A stretch of 64,000 nucleotides of DNA from Narcine bancroftii (taxonomy: Eukaryota): NCBI RefSeq assembly GCF_036971445.1, contig NC_091477.1, positions 113,584,001 to 113,648,000 on the forward strand, read 5' to 3'. How positions within the stretch are numbered: position 1 is the stretch's first letter; the number at the start of each line of letters is the position of its first letter. This document shows positions 48,788 to 62,249 of this stretch, piece by piece. Below the pieces are notes generated by a model. It did not search any database and was not told the DNA's origin. It was given only the letters and a program-made list of their open reading frames with translations. Made by a program: the position numbers and the translations under genes.

Positions 48788-49252
48788 GAAAGTTTTGGAG
48801 GAACCCAATGAGTTAGGCATAGCCATGTGACCCCAACATTACTACTACATTTAGTTTAGGCATTGTTATTCCCTCTTAACTAGTCCAATTCTATGTGTCT
48901 CCAGCCTTATTTGCAATATCTCTGGAATGCCATCACTTGCAAGCTCCCCTCCAAATCACACACTTGGAAATATCTTTTTCATGGAAATTGGATCAAAATC
49001 CTTGAACTCCATACCTGACAGTACTTTGCGGATTACCTTCCAGAGAAGGAACGCAGCATTTTAAAAAGCTGGTTGAGGAGCACAGCCAGAAGGGCAATCA
49101 GGTATGGGCAATAATCATTGTTTTCACAGGTACTGCCTACGTCCTGGAAGAGATGGGCTAATCTAGATGTTGTGGAGCAAAGGGCAGTTCCAAGGTTATA
49201 AAGGCAGATGGAAATATAGCAGTGGAAGCATCCTATGTTGCAATAACTGAGA

Positions 49253-49485
49253 ATAAGAACATAAGAAATAGGAGCAGGAGTAGACCATCCGGCCCGTCGA
49301 GCCTATTCTGCCATTCAATGAGATCATGGCTGATCCGATGAGAGGCTCATCTCCACCTACCTGCCTTTTCCCCATATCCCTGAATTCCCCTACTATGTAA
49401 AAATCAATCCAACCTTGCCTTAAATATATTCACTGAGGTTGCCTCCACTGCTTCAATGGGCAGAGGATTCCATAGATTCACCAGA
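49253..49485 (-). mobile_element. CR1 3' end
   Basis: AAGAACATAAGAAATAGGAGCAGGAGTAG...GATCATGGCTGATC, homologous to 9985-10050. Confidence 0.75.
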
Positions 49486-50220
49486 AGGATGTGACCCCTT
49501 CTTCACAGGGTGAGGAAAGAAATTTGGGAACACAAGGGGGAAGCCCATTTGGAATGAAAGTCTCAGGGTCGCAGAGAAACGCAGCACGGAAATGGATTGT
49601 GCAGCCCTGCGATTCTGTGTCCTCCATCGACCACCCATGTGCACTGATCTCAAATTAATTCCATTTATTTTTAATATTCTCACCAACTTCCGAAGACTCT
49701 ACCACTCACTTACATACACGGGTAAGTTTAGTGGACAGCTGCTCAATCAGCTTGCACACCTTTGGGATGCAGAAGGAAACTGGAGGTAACCCACATGGTC
49801 ACAGGGAAGGATGTGCAAACTGCACAGACAGCAGCGGAGGTCAGGTTTGTATAGGAGTCTCTCTGAGACTGTGAGGCAGCTCCACCAACGTGCTGCTTTG
49901 ATGCTGTTTGTTGTGGTCTCTCTTAAAGCCAATTCCTGGAAGGAAGTGGCAAAAGTCCAATTTTGAGTGAGTGCCAGGAATTAAGAGCAAATTTTAAAGG
50001 CAGGAATGTTGATATTAAGATTATTATTGGTGCCATGAGTTATTTGTCCTGGGGATGGTGTGCACAATACTGAGTGGCCAAGAGGCATGCCAGTTCCATT
50101 TGCAGGACTAAAACAGGAAGGAGCTTTTCTATTGGGGAAAAAAAGCTGTGTTTCAACGCAAAGGGAAAAGGATCCTGGTGGAAAGGTGAACAAGCTGGTT
50201 AGAGCAGCTTTAAATGAGTA

Positions 50221-50731
50221 CAGTAAAACCCCTGGTATCCAGCTCCTGGATTGGTAAATGCCAGATAAGTGTATTTTCAGGTTGCTTGAGACTTATTCTT
50301 ACAACGCCTAACTAATACACCTGTGCGGAGCCGCCCAAAAGACAAACAATAACGCCCCCCCCCCAAAGTTTACAGATAAAGCCTCTAACCAGGGTGACTC
50401 TTACTAATCAGGGATAAGGAGACAATTTAAAAAATGTACCCCAACTGCTCTTCATCCTGGGCGACACCATTGCTGTTTCACACGACTTTATTCAACCAGC
50501 TGCTATGAGCAAAGCACAACCAAGGCTCTCCGCTGGCTGAATATTTGCTCCCATTTTCACCAAAGACTTATGTATTACTTCAGAGAACATTAAAATTTTT
50601 GAACCTGCATATTTTTACTTGTTATTTTATTCTTAATTACATTAAAAATTTTATTTTATTTTCCTCAGTTTTTTTTGTTGGTTGCTTGAGGCTGCCACTT
50701 GCTTGAATTCCGGATACCAGGAGTTTTATTG
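50221..50731. mobile_element. Tigger/pogo-like MITE
   Basis: TA|CAGTAAAACCCCTGGTATCC ... GGATACCAGGAGTTTTATTG|TA. Confidence 0.9.
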
Positions 50732-51054
50732 TAAATGGTGGGAGGATTGGGGTTAGTGGTGATTTAAAGATCTTTTTTAAATGAAAGAATAATGCTCAAG
50801 GTACAAAAATTGATATAAATATCCAGGAGCAAGAGAGACTGGCATAACTAAAGCAGCCTCAAGGGAAATGTGCTCATGGTGTGTGTTGTCTGGGCAGAAG
50901 AAAGCTCACAATTCTTGCCAAATAGGAACCTCGTATATTAGCGTGCAGAGTGTAATAATCTGTACTGGGTGAATTAGAATCTCAGCTAGAATTTAGAGAG
51001 AGGAAGGTAGAACGCAGACTTGCTTGCTAGTTGGCCATGATGTGGAGTTAGATC

Positions 51055-51385
51055 TTTGGAGATGCTGGAATCTTGAGCAAACAATGAGCAGCTGGAGAGA
51101 TAGTAAGCCAAAAAGGACGTGGGGATGGGCTGGGAAGGGAGAACACTCAGGGAGAGAGGGTGTTGAGAGAAAAGTGTGAACAGGAGCAGGTAAAGGATAA
51201 GTGGAAACAGTAGAACTGAATCAGGGATGGGGGTTTCCTGAAAGTGGGGAAATTCAACGTTCACACTTTTGGATTTGAGGCTATGAGGAGGAACATGATG
51301 TGTTGTTGCTCAAGTTTTCGTTTGGCCTCACCCTGGCAATGGATAAGGCTGAGAGCAGACAAGTAGTGTTGGGGGATGGTGAGGG
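51055..51385 (-). mobile_element. Penelope-like element 3' end (GIY-YIG C-terminus relic)
   Basis: Minus strand HCQGEAKRKLEQQHIMFLL...NVEFPHF resembles the RKLEEQHLIF..L.P.GMN.EF end of Penelope ORFs. Confidence 0.7.
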
Positions 51386-51406
51386 GAATTAAAATCAATC
51401 AGTCAG

Positions 51407-51646
51407 TGTGATAGGACAGATCTATCACCAATGTATATAGTGTATATAGTTACAGTATCTAGACTGGGCTTACAGCGATTGGCTGAGAGCTAAGCCACGC
51501 CCACTGTTTGGGCCTTAAAGGGTTGTGTCCCTAGCCAGGTCGGATCATTCCGGACTGGTCAGCCACCTGTGACGAGCTCCTGTCTTTTGCTAATAAAAGC
51601 CTTGGTTTGGATCAACAAGTCTTTGATTCTTTCGACAAGCTCTACA
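51407..51646 (+). mobile_element. Solo LTR (240 bp)
   Basis: TGT...ACA termini; 5-bp TSD GTCAG (51402-06, 51647-51); CCAAT box (ATTGG) and TGCTAATAAAAGC. Confidence 0.85.
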
Positions 51647-52602
51647 GTCAGTCAGCCTTTATTGTCACTTTAACACCAAGTGCCATGGAATTGAAACAAT
51701 ACAACATTCCCAAGACCACAGTCATTTTAAAGGGCTGCATTACAAAAACAGTGCTACACACAATTAATTACTCAGAGATTAGACAATGGCACTGGTTACA
51801 AGCTAGATGGTACAAGCGTCTGCCAGTTCAAGTGGAGAAGATCATTCCCCGATCCTGAGGGGCTGCTAGTCGCAGAGCCATCACAGATCCGGTCACTGTC
51901 CTCTCCAGGACAAGATGTTATGGGAAACAGACAACGTCGCAGTCATAGTTCTCGGAGCTTCCAATAGCTTTGGTTCTGTCCGCCACGAGACCCAGGACAA
52001 TGTATCTCTTGACCTCCACAGCTCCAGTTGCAACCGGGTGCCACCTCTGAGTCCGCCACTCCATCCTCTTCTCTTGATCTCTGGCAGCGGACATCCCCAA
52101 CGTTGACCCAAAGAGTCTGAAAAGCTGCCAGGCCACATCAGCACAAAGTGGCTCGACCTCCTCCTCTAGGCCATGCTAAAGCACTGTTCTTCAGCGGATG
52201 AGTTCTCTGCAACTTGGCAGCATTGGTTGGGAACGGATCCTGTTCAGTGCTTCCCACTTGCAACACATGACTCACTGTGATACAAAGTCCAACTTCATCA
52301 AATTAAAAGTAGTATAGAACACTAAGTTCTGAGTTCCTGCAGCAACTGTAGTCCAGAGTAACCGCTGCACTGTCAAAATGGCTGACATCAGGGAGACACA
52401 GCTTGTACCTGAGGAGAGAGAGCACAGGAGTTTGTGTGTGTTGATTGTTTTATCTTCAGCTTGCGGTTTTATTTAGTACGTCTGCCCCTCCTCACCCAAC
52501 ATCATCCCATTCCTTTCCAAAGACCTTGTATCCTGACTTAGTAAAGGGTTCCAACCCAAATCATTGCGCATTTCTCTCATGGACACTGCCTGACCTGTTG
52601 AG

Positions 52603-52980
52603 TCAGATTCAGATTTCATATTTATTGTCAGATCACGTACATGACATAACCCTGAGATTCTTTTTCCTGCGTGCAAGGCAGAATTACCACTTATCGGTAA
52701 TGCAAAAAAACTACACAACGTACATGTGTAAACAAATAAAGTGTAAACCTATAAAGAAATGAAGCAAACTGCAATACAGAGAGAATTGTAAAAAAAATCA
52801 ATGGCATACAGAAGTAAGAATCCTTAAATGTGTCTCTGATGGAGGGGTAGCAGGTGTTCCTGAACCTAGTGGCTTGAGTCTTGTGGTAGCAGAGAGAACA
52901 GAGCACGTGCTGGGTGATGTGGTTCCTTGATGATTGCTGCTGCTCTCCGACGGCAGCGTCCCCTGTAGATGTTCTCGATG
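52603..52980 (-). mobile_element. Rex1/Babar-like 3' fragment
   Basis: TCAGATTCAGATTTCATATTTATTGTCA tail; minus peptide TRFRNTCYP. Confidence 0.65.
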
Positions 52981-54114
52981 GCTGTCCTTCCAGCTTCTCA
53001 TTGTTTACTCAGCAATCGCGCTGTGATTGAGGAATTGGGAAATTTCAAACTGTAAACATCATCTGGCAGCAATAATTTTGAGGTATTAAAACCAAGTAAA
53101 GACTATTAGCAAAAGGGACACTTGATCTTTGTTCCCCTACATCAGGAAAAGGAGGCCAGCCAGAGTCAAACATATTTTAACTTTATTTTACTTGGCAGAA
53201 TGTGTATGGTCTTGAACCATGACTACTGCGCCAGAATTAATTAATAATCTAACAGTAAGGGAACATAAGTGGGTTGAAACAGAGATGAACAAAGGCAAAT
53301 AGGTGAAAGTACCACCGAGTAAAACGAGAAATGATCAAGCAGATCAGGGTGTCAGAAACTAATCTGGCTCAATTCAGGACTTTAAAGAATGCTGCATGAC
53401 TTGCTGGGTTTCTCCAGCATTTTCAGGACTGGTGTTTGCTTCGAAGGGACCACAGCTCCGCTTACCAAATAGATCAAATTAAAAAGAATGATTAACCGTT
53501 AACTGGGGACTTGCGCAATTTCAGAATTTCCAAAAATGCTTTGCTCCAAATAAAATGCTGTTGAAGATTTGCCATTGCTGTAATAGAGAAAAGACATATC
53601 GGAGAATTAACAGGCAGCATAATCCCAAGCCAGCAATGTGATAATATTCCCCTTTTGTGACATTGGTTTAGGGATAAATATTTAGCAGGAGAGTGGAGAT
53701 GATCTCCATGTTCCTCTTCAAAGTAGTGTTATAGGTTAGTCTGTGGCAAGCTGAGAGGGTATTCCCCATCTTCCCTCTCAGTCTTGAAGGGTTACAACCC
53801 AAAACATCGACCACTCTTTTTCTCCCACTGATGCTGTTCGACCCACTGAGAACCTCCAGCAAATTGCCCTTGGCTCAGATTCCAGTATCTGCAGTCTCTC
53901 GTGTGTCTCCAGGGTATGCAGGACCTTATCTTCCAAAAGACTGCAATGATAATGAATGTCATCATACAGCTAAGTGCAATGCAGATGTGCATCAACTGTA
54001 CCCTAACTCGCAAGCATTCAAGGTACGGTACTTTCTAATACCTGAAGGCACTAAAGAATGACAAACCAGAGGAATTGATGGTTTCCTTGTGCCTTTAAAG
54101 AAAGTGAGAGGAAA

Positions 54115-54355
54115 CTGCATGGTTAGGGTAGTGGTGAGCATTATATAGCACCAGTGACCCGGGTTCACGTCCAGCGCTGTCCGTAAGGAGTTTGTGCATT
54201 CTCCCTGTGTCTGCGAGGGCTTCCTGCAGGTGCTCTGATTTTCTCCCACCCTTCAAAAATGTACAGGGGTTGTAAGTTTGATTGGTGCCTTTGAGGGGGC
54301 ATAGGGTTTTTGGCTGGAAGGGCCTGTTACCATGCTGCACATCTACAAAAAAAGA
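54115..54355 (+). mobile_element. V-SINE (HE1-like)
   Basis: Homologous to 33484-33740; further degenerate copies near 46015, 49700 (-), 57660 (-), 61140 (-) and 61425. Confidence 0.75.
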
Positions 54356-54469
54356 AACTATCCTTGAACTGTAATCTTCCAAAATTATATCAATTCAATA
54401 TCTTTATACTGGAGCATTAAAAACAGTTCCACTGTTTGAGAAAGCTGAGTGAGCAAGAGCGAAACCAGA

Positions 54470-54868
54470 AAATGATAGACCTGTTAGCCGAACATCTGTT
54501 GTAAGGAAGTTCTTGGAATGTATAATTAAGAATAGAGTGACTGAACACAGAGAAGTTCATGCTAATTAGAAAGAGCCAACATGGATTTGTAAAGCATAGG
54601 TCATGCTGAACAAATCTAATTGAATTTTTGAAGCAACTAATTAGACAGGGAAAAGTCTATGGATGCAATGGAGATGGACTTCTAGAAGAGATTTAGTTTC
54701 ACAAATCTGTTAGCTAAAATTAAAATGCATGGAATTGAAGTTAAATTAATGATTTGATTCTGAGATTGCTTAACCAGTGGAAAATGGAGAGGAGGAATAA
54801 CACTTGCTTACTTGAACTGGATTGGGTTGAAGTTCCACAAGGATCCGTGACAGGAAATCAACTACTGT
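54470..54868 (+). mobile_element. Old CR1 fragment, continues at ~56254-56680 after the RTE insertion
   Basis: RPVS.TSVVRK.LE, ESQHGFVKHRSC.TNLIEF, VPQGSV remnants. Confidence 0.7.
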
Positions 54869-54881
54869 ACTTTGTATCTTT

Positions 54882-56240
54882 CTTTCTTTGGCTTGGCTTC
54901 GCGGACGAAGATTTATGGAGGGGGTAAAAAGTCCACGTCAGCTGCAGGCTCGTTTGTGGCTGACAAGTCCGATGTGGGACAGGCAGACACGATTGCAGCG
55001 GTTGCAAGGGAAAATTGGTTGGTTGGAGTTGGGTGTTGGGTTTTTCCTCCTTTGCCTTTTGTCAGTGAGGTGGGCTCTGCGGTCTTCTTCAAAGGAGGTT
55101 GCTGCCCGCCAAACTGTGAGGCGCCAAGATGCACGGTTTGAGGCGTTATCAGCCCACTGGCGGTGGTCAATGTGACAGGCACCAAGAGATTTCTTTAGGC
55201 AGTCCTTGTACCTTTTCTTTGGTGCACCTCTGTCACGGTGGCCAGTGGAGAGCTCGCCATATAACACGATCTTGGGAAGGCGATGGTCCTCCATTCTGGA
55301 GACGTGACCCATCCAGCGCAGCTGGATCTTCAGCAGTGTGGACTCGATGCTGTCGACCTCTGCCATCTCGAGTACTTCGACGTTAGGGGTGTAAGCGCTC
55401 CAATGGATGTTGAGGATGGAGCGGAGACAACGCTGGTGGAAGCGTTCTAGGAGCCGTAGGTGGTGCCGGTAGAGGACCCATGATTCGGAGCCGAACAGGA
55501 GTGTGGGTATGACAACGGCTCTGTATACGCTTATCTTTGTGAGGTTTTTCAGTTGGTTGTTTTTCCAGACTCTTTTGTGTAGTCTTCCAAAGGCGCTATT
55601 TGCCTTGGCGAGTCTGTTGTCTATCTCATTGTCGATCCTTGCATCTGATGAAATGGTGCAGCCGAGATAGGTAAACTGGTTGACCGTTTTGAGTTTTGTG
55701 TGCCCGATGGAGATGTGGGGGGGCTGGTAGTCATGGTGGGGAGCTGGCTGATGGAGGACCTCAGTTTTCTTCAGGCTGACTTCCAGGCCAAACATTTTGG
55801 CAGTTTCCGCAAAGCAGGACGTCAAGCGCTGAAGAGCTGGCTCTGAATGGGCAACTAAAGCGGCATCATCTGCAAAGAGTAGTTCACGGACAAGTTTCTC
55901 TTGTGTCTTGGTGTGAGCTTGCAGGCGCCTCAGATTGAAGAGACTGCCATCCGTGCGGTACCGGATGTAAACAGCGTCTTCATTGTTGGGGTCTTTCATG
56001 GCTTGGTTCAGCATCATGCTGAAGAAGATTGAAAAGAGGGTTGGTGCGAGAACACAGCCTTGCTTCACGCCATTGTTAATGGAGAAGGGTTCAGAGAGCT
56101 CATTGCTGTATCTGACCCGACCTTGTTGGTTTTCGTGCAGTTGGATAATCATGTTGAGGAACTTTGGGGGACATCCGATGCGCTCTAGTATTTGCCAAAG
56201 CCCTTTCCTGCTCACGGTGTCGAAGGCTTTGGTGAGGTCA
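54882..56240 (-). mobile_element. 5'-truncated young RTE LINE with an open 425-aa RT/C-terminal frame
   Basis: DLTKAFDTVSR, GVKQGCVLAP, LLFADD, FTYLG; 13-bp TSD ACTTTGTATCTTT (54869-81, 56241-53). Confidence 0.97.
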
Positions 56241-57326
56241 ACTTTGTATCTTTATTAATGAATTAAATGGTGCAATGGATACTGTGTACCCAAGGTCAGT
56301 GATGACTAGCAGCCCATTGAGGCTTATTATCTGGTGAAGTGAGTGGGGGAAAAAGCTATTGATGGATTTCAATGCAGATAAATACCACACTTCTTAAATG
56401 CTGAAAAGCTAAAACAATGGAGTCTCCAAAGAGATTTAGTCCATGTGCACATTATAAAAGTGTATTGATAATGTGCAAAAATTAAAAAAAAACAAGGATT
56501 ATGATGTATTGGATTTATATTTACTAGGGTGTAGAGAGATCTGATGTGTAGATCCAGCAGGATAACTCAGAAAGAGTACCCTGACCTTGGAAGCAGTGAA
56601 GTCCTGAAGTGAGCAATGTCTGACAACCGGAGTATGGATTTAACCAGTCATGATCTCATGGAATGTGGGAATGAATGTGTTTGGATTTGCCCCTTTCTTT
56701 CTGAATGATACATGCTGCTTTTACTGCTTTTCCTATTAAACCCTGAGGCCTCAGACTTGTTTCAGATTGCATTGGGCTTCATCAATGGAATCCATCTTAA
56801 TGTCATTTTAACTGAGCTAATTTACAAAAATGAGTTCCTTTGAAGAGAAGGATCCTCTGATAATGACATTATTCTTAAAGTATCTGCATCTTTACTGCTG
56901 TGGGACCAATACATCAAACAATGCTCTTCATACAGCAGGCTTACAGATACGCTGCACAACTTGATGTTTTTGGCGATATTGTTCAAAGTACTTCTGGGAT
57001 TAATCCGCCAGTATTGATTATTGTTTTGCACTTAAACACAGGCATCTAATATAGTCATGCTCAACAAAATAACTACATGAACATGCACTAACAGTTGTCT
57101 ATCTACAGAATTAGTCATTCTGGTCCATGACCTGTCATCAGTGGTTGGCAGGGCAATGGGAAGTTGAAGATTCAAGAGGAGAAAATGATTCAGACAAATT
57201 CCAATGTGGCAAATCAGATTCTGAAGGATAGTAAAACCTGTATGGTGGATCAGTGGGGAAACTTAGTTTTTCATTGCAGTGCTGGAAAGAAGCTGGCAAC
57301 TCTAAACAGGTTTTTTTTTTTGCCTA

Positions 57327-57548
57327 CAGTAAAATCCCCTTATCCGGAATTGAAGCAACCAGCAGCCTTGAGCAACTGGCAAAAAAAATCACAGAAAATA
57401 AATAGGTGTAAAAAAAAAAATCCGAACGTTTAAAATTGGCGTGCCCTTGTGGTTCGTCACCAATCACAAAATCTCAATCTCAACTGGCAAATTCACTTAT
57501 CTGGGATCTACCAATCCCCATAGGTGCCAGATACTGAAGGTTTTACTG
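57327..57548. mobile_element. Short Tigger/pogo-like MITE, opposite orientation to the 34049 and 50221 copies
   Basis: TA|CAGTAAAATCCCCTTATCC ... GATACTGAAGGTTTTACTG; another decayed copy at ~27850-28020. Confidence 0.75.
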
Positions 57549-57786
57549 TTATTGGTTTTAGCAGTTTACAATATCAGGGCATCTGCTGACATATTTAATG
57601 TGGAACCACAAGGGATTGCAGATGTTGGAGTCTATTTTTTTTAAGTTTTTAAAAAAAAAATTAGAGGTCCAACACAATAACAGGCCCTTCTGGGCCATGA
57701 GCCTGTGCCACCCAAAAACATCCAATCTACCTACAACCCCCTTTAATTTTATGGAACACTCATGCAGACACGGAGAGAATGTACAG

Positions 57787-58746
57787 TGTGACAGAGTATA
57801 TAGATATGTTTTTGGGAGATAAATTGGGAAAGGTTTGTTAGAGTAGGTTATCTGCAAACACTTTAGAACAGATCTTATTTAAAATACTGGAGCTCGGCCT
57901 CATGCTCGACATATCGGCTCCACAGCTTTTGCAAGAGCTTTGGAGAGTGCCCAAGATATTGTTGTTTACAAAAGGCAACAGATGAGTAGAGCTTGCTGGT
58001 CCTAGAGTCACGTGGCTTTGCAAGCAGAGAGACTAAAACAGGCTTTCTCTCAGAGAGAGACAGAATTCATTCTACAATGTTACAGCCAGCAGAAGCAGCT
58101 GGGACTGGAACAGGACAAGCTGGCAAGCTTCTGGAAAGCCCCAGTTGGAAGACAGCCTGGTCAAAGCCCTTGTGGTTCATGCAAGAGGAGAGGACTGGCT
58201 GTCTAATGTTTCACTTGGAATAAGTGAAACCAAAAGGAACTCTGTGGTGACCTGAAAGGGTAAGTTTCGTCAGCAAGTCACTGAGGTGACTGATGGAAGT
58301 ACATCAGTTGTGGTTGTCCTGGAACAACAAATCTCTCTCTGAAAACCGACAAGAACCTTCCTGAGCGGTAACCATTCACCTTTTAGGCCTCAAAGCCTGG
58401 TGAACTTTATAAATGTTAAATTCTGTGCACAGTATAAGAATTGCCTGCAACCAGTGAACTTCGAGGAATGAGAAGTTAGATTGGACTGTGAANNNNNNNN
58501 NNNNNNNNNNNNNNNNNNNNNNNNNNNNNNNNNNNNNNNNNNNNNNNNNNNNNNNNNNNNNNNNNNNNNNNNNNNNNNNNNNNNNNNNNNNNNNNNNNNN
58601 NNNNNNNNNNNNNNNNNNNNAGAAGGCGGTTAAGTTAGGATAAGTAAGTCAAAAGAGATAAGTTAAAGTTTGATTCTGTTTTAATATTTAAAGATAATTA
58701 AAAGCAACTTTAAGTAACCATTTTTCTTGGTGAATATCTATTGCTG
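57787..58746 (+). mobile_element. Solo LTR-like element inserted in a minus-strand V-SINE
   Basis: Starts TGTGACAG; homologous to 1-506; SINE sequence on both sides (57660-57786, 58747-58810); spans the assembly gap. Confidence 0.65.
58493..58620. other. Assembly gap (128 N)
   Basis: Run of n. Confidence 1.
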
Positions 58747-59328
58747 CACCAGATTCAAACCCAGGTTGCTAGCAATGTAATAGCATAGGCACTAACTACT
58801 GCACTAATTGTGTCCACCTAATTTGGAGCAGAAGTCTTGATGAAGGTTCTGATGTGAAACATTGATAATCCTTTCTCTTTCACTGATGCTGCTTAGCTTG
58901 CTGGGTTTCTCCAGCAGGTTGTTCCATGCTTGATCCATAATACCACCACTACAACCTCCCTATCAAGACAAGAAAGAGAAGGAAAAGAGAGTCCCATCTG
59001 AGTCAGTGTGTGTCCGTACATCCTGCCGGCTCCTCCAATATCACCGTCTCCTGTACCCACGTCACGTCCGTAGCTGCACAGCCTCCAGCCCTGTCCCGCA
59101 GTGAACCCAAGCTTGAGTCATTGAGTCTCACCATCTCGGCCCCTGGTTCCAAACCCCTGAAGTAATTAGGAAGCTGTCAGTTTTTTTTTGAGATTCAGGT
59201 TCAATACAAAAATACAGGAGAAACTCAGCAGGGCATGTGGGAATCTTTATGTAGCAAAGAGAAATAACCAGTGTTTCTGGCCTGAGTCCTACGTCAAAGT
59301 GCTTATATAATACTTATTAATATTAATA

Positions 59329-59952
59329 CCATATATACATGTGTAATAGTTGATCTTGTATAGTAGTTGGCCCTCCTACTTTTTTGGCCCAAAAATTGCG
59401 TGTATTCGGCATGACCCATGTAAAAGTTGACACTGATTTTTGGCTCCAACTGCCCGCCCATCCAAGCTCTCAATGCACTGACAGCAAATGCTCACCTCAG
59501 CCACAAGCCCATCCAAGCTCCTGATGCCTCAGCCGCACGCCGATCCGTGCTCCCAGCACCCCAACTGCCTGCACACTGGAGCTTCCGTCGCCCCAACCGC
59601 CTGCCCACCAGAGCTCCCAGAACACCGACTGCGCATCCGCGCTCCGGCCGCCCACCTGTTTGAGCTCCCAATGCCACAACCACAGACCCTCGCCTCGGCA
59701 TCCTGCCCATTCAAGTTCACCCCAGCTGCCCACCCACTGGAGGTCCCGATGCCCTGGATACAGACATACCATCCAGCCCTGGCCATTCGAGCTCCCAACA
59801 TCCCAAATGCGGACTTACCGCCCAGTCCCTGCCATCCATACTCCTGACATCTTGAACAATGCAGCTACTTACTACGGTCAAAAGTATGACCTGTGTGAAA
59901 GTGAGCTGAAAAATTGGTCCAAACAACTCAACAATTATACGAGTATATATGG
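59329..59952. mobile_element. Tc1/mariner-type MITE with a C-rich degenerate minisatellite interior
   Basis: ~25-bp imperfect TIR CCATATATACATGTGTAATAGTTGA / TCAACAATTATACGAGTATATATGG; TA on both sides; recurring GAGCTCCCA motif inside. Confidence 0.75.
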
Positions 59953-62249
59953 TAATGTGCATTATATTAATTTTAAGCTATTCATCTTTGCTATATAATG
60001 AATGCTGCGTGATCTGCTGAGTTTCTCCAGAACAGTCGAGTTTTGAACTACAATAAGAGCATCTGCAGACGTTCCTGTTTTGCTGTTTCCTTCAGGTATC
60101 AGTATGAAGGCACAATGAACATCAATCACATTACCTCAAACACAGATCACAGGGGAGCATCTTTAAAACAACCTGCAGAACTAAATGGTTTCTCTCTGAG
60201 TTGTAGATTTCTACAATTCCAATAATTGACTATCATCAAGAATTCTTTGTGTCAGGCCAAACTTTGTAATCTAAACACAAGGTTTCAAAAACTGAAACAC
60301 AAAGGAAGCATTACGTAATATGACATGAAGGACATTTTAGAAAAAAAAATCACCATCCTCTCTCCTAGTACATACACAATGATGTCAAATCTCGTTAAAC
60401 TAGGCACGGTCGCTATTGCTAGGTTGTTAGCATGAGAGAAAAACACATTCTCTTGGGGAATATGGATTATTAATAGTCTTAAATGTGTCTTCGAGGTGAG
60501 CATGTTGTTGAGAATTCTAAAGGTTCCTTTCCAATGTTAGAAGTTGATGAGAATCCGAAACATCAATAGATCTTTTGTATCAATGTTGAAAAGATACATT
60601 GATTTATCCAAAATAAAAAGCATGAGCTATAAATTCCTTTGTGCTGCTCAACACAAAGAAATGTCATTTCATTTCAGTCTTGTTTGCCAAATGTTATCAA
60701 GTGCTTTGTGCACATGGTGTAATTTGCAAAATTTGTTGGCGGCCTCTGTGAATACAATGCCCAAAGGCTGGCTGACATGTGCAGTGCATGTAGACACTGT
60801 GGAATATATGCATTTATATGAACAGCAAAATTAGTTTATTTATTCAAATTTGCATTAAATAGCCAGACTCAAGGTGTTGCTATTCTTTCAATCGGCAGCA
60901 TGGTTAGTGTAGAGGTGAGCACAATGTTATTACAGCACTGGACAAAACCCACGGTCCTTTGTAGACAGCACTAGATTTGAACCCGGATCACTGGCACTGT
61001 AGTGGCATGCTAACTGCTACGCTACATCCGACTCTTCTTAATCCTTCCAGAGTACACATATTAGGATAAGATCCATTTACCATTGCTCTGCACGTCAGCT
61101 GTAGTTGAAGTCCACCCTTTTAATTTTTGCATCATTTTCTTTCGCGATACAGCACAGTAACTGGCCCTTCCAGCCTGTACCACCCAATTACACCCTTGTG
61201 ACCCAATGATCTACGAACTCTCTACATCTTTGGAATGTCAGAAGGGACCAAAACATCCGGAGGAAACCCTGCAGCCAAGAGGAGAATGTTGTCCTTACAG
61301 ATAGTGGCAGCTTTGAACCCAGCTTACAGGTAGGTCATCTGAGAACTTATGAATCACAATCCCCAAATTCATATCCAGATCCTTAATGTATTGAACAAAC
61401 AGAAGGTGACCGATGTAGAAGAGCGGCAGGGTTAGCTTGTGGTTAACGCAGTGCTATTACAGCTCGAACAACCCTGGTTCAAATTCACCGCTGTCTCTGA
61501 GGAATTTGTGTTCTTCAAATGACCTACATGGGTTTTCCCTGCATACTTCAATTCCCCCCACCCTCCACCCTCCAAAACATTCGGAAATGGTAGGTTAATT
61601 TTTATAATGTGCTGGCATAAGTTTCCATGGCTGGAATCTGCTTCCACCATGTGGTAAATAAAATTAAAATGAAAGATCAGACATGATGATGTTGAATGGT
61701 GAAGGAGGCTTAAAGAACATGATAATCTACTCCATCTTTTATCCTTATACGCTTACTTGAGGACTGTGATAATCCAGTGTCATGGTCTCCAGCAGAAGGC
61801 TGACTAAGGTCACAGGTGAAGTGTTTAGACTGGCTGCTGGAATGAGGTACGAGGACCAAAATGCCGTGGAAGTCACACGTGGGTCAACGTTGTAGGCCAT
61901 TAACTGGTCATCAGACTCAGATGCTTGATTTATGATTATAGGCTGCTTTGTTTTCCCAAAATTAAACAATTATGGCACTGCAAAGTGCTTCATTGCCAGT
62001 GAAAAGCTTTGATCGAAGAGGCCTTTGTGAAGAACTGTGTTGATGCAAATTCTCCATTTATTTAAATCTGTTTTACTTTTGCTTGTATTCTCTTCGATTT
62101 ATAAAATATGAAAGAGTGATGTTTTCCTAACTGGTCCCAGTAACATTTATTGGGCTGATGATCTTGATGAATTTCCAGGCCCATGTGGCTTGGCTGTGAA
62201 GGAGGAACATGGGTGGTTTGTAGTTGGAATATTCTGATATTTTACCTGT

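Noticed and set aside
1-58746. 1-506 and 57787-58746 as paired LTRs of one giant element
   Set aside because: 57 kb apart, enclose a host exon, have different internal deletions, and each sits in a different older repeat; independent solo LTRs.
59427-59998. Cluster of overlapping Pro/Ala/Gly-rich ORFs
   Set aside because: By-product of a C-rich degenerate minisatellite inside a TA-flanked MITE.
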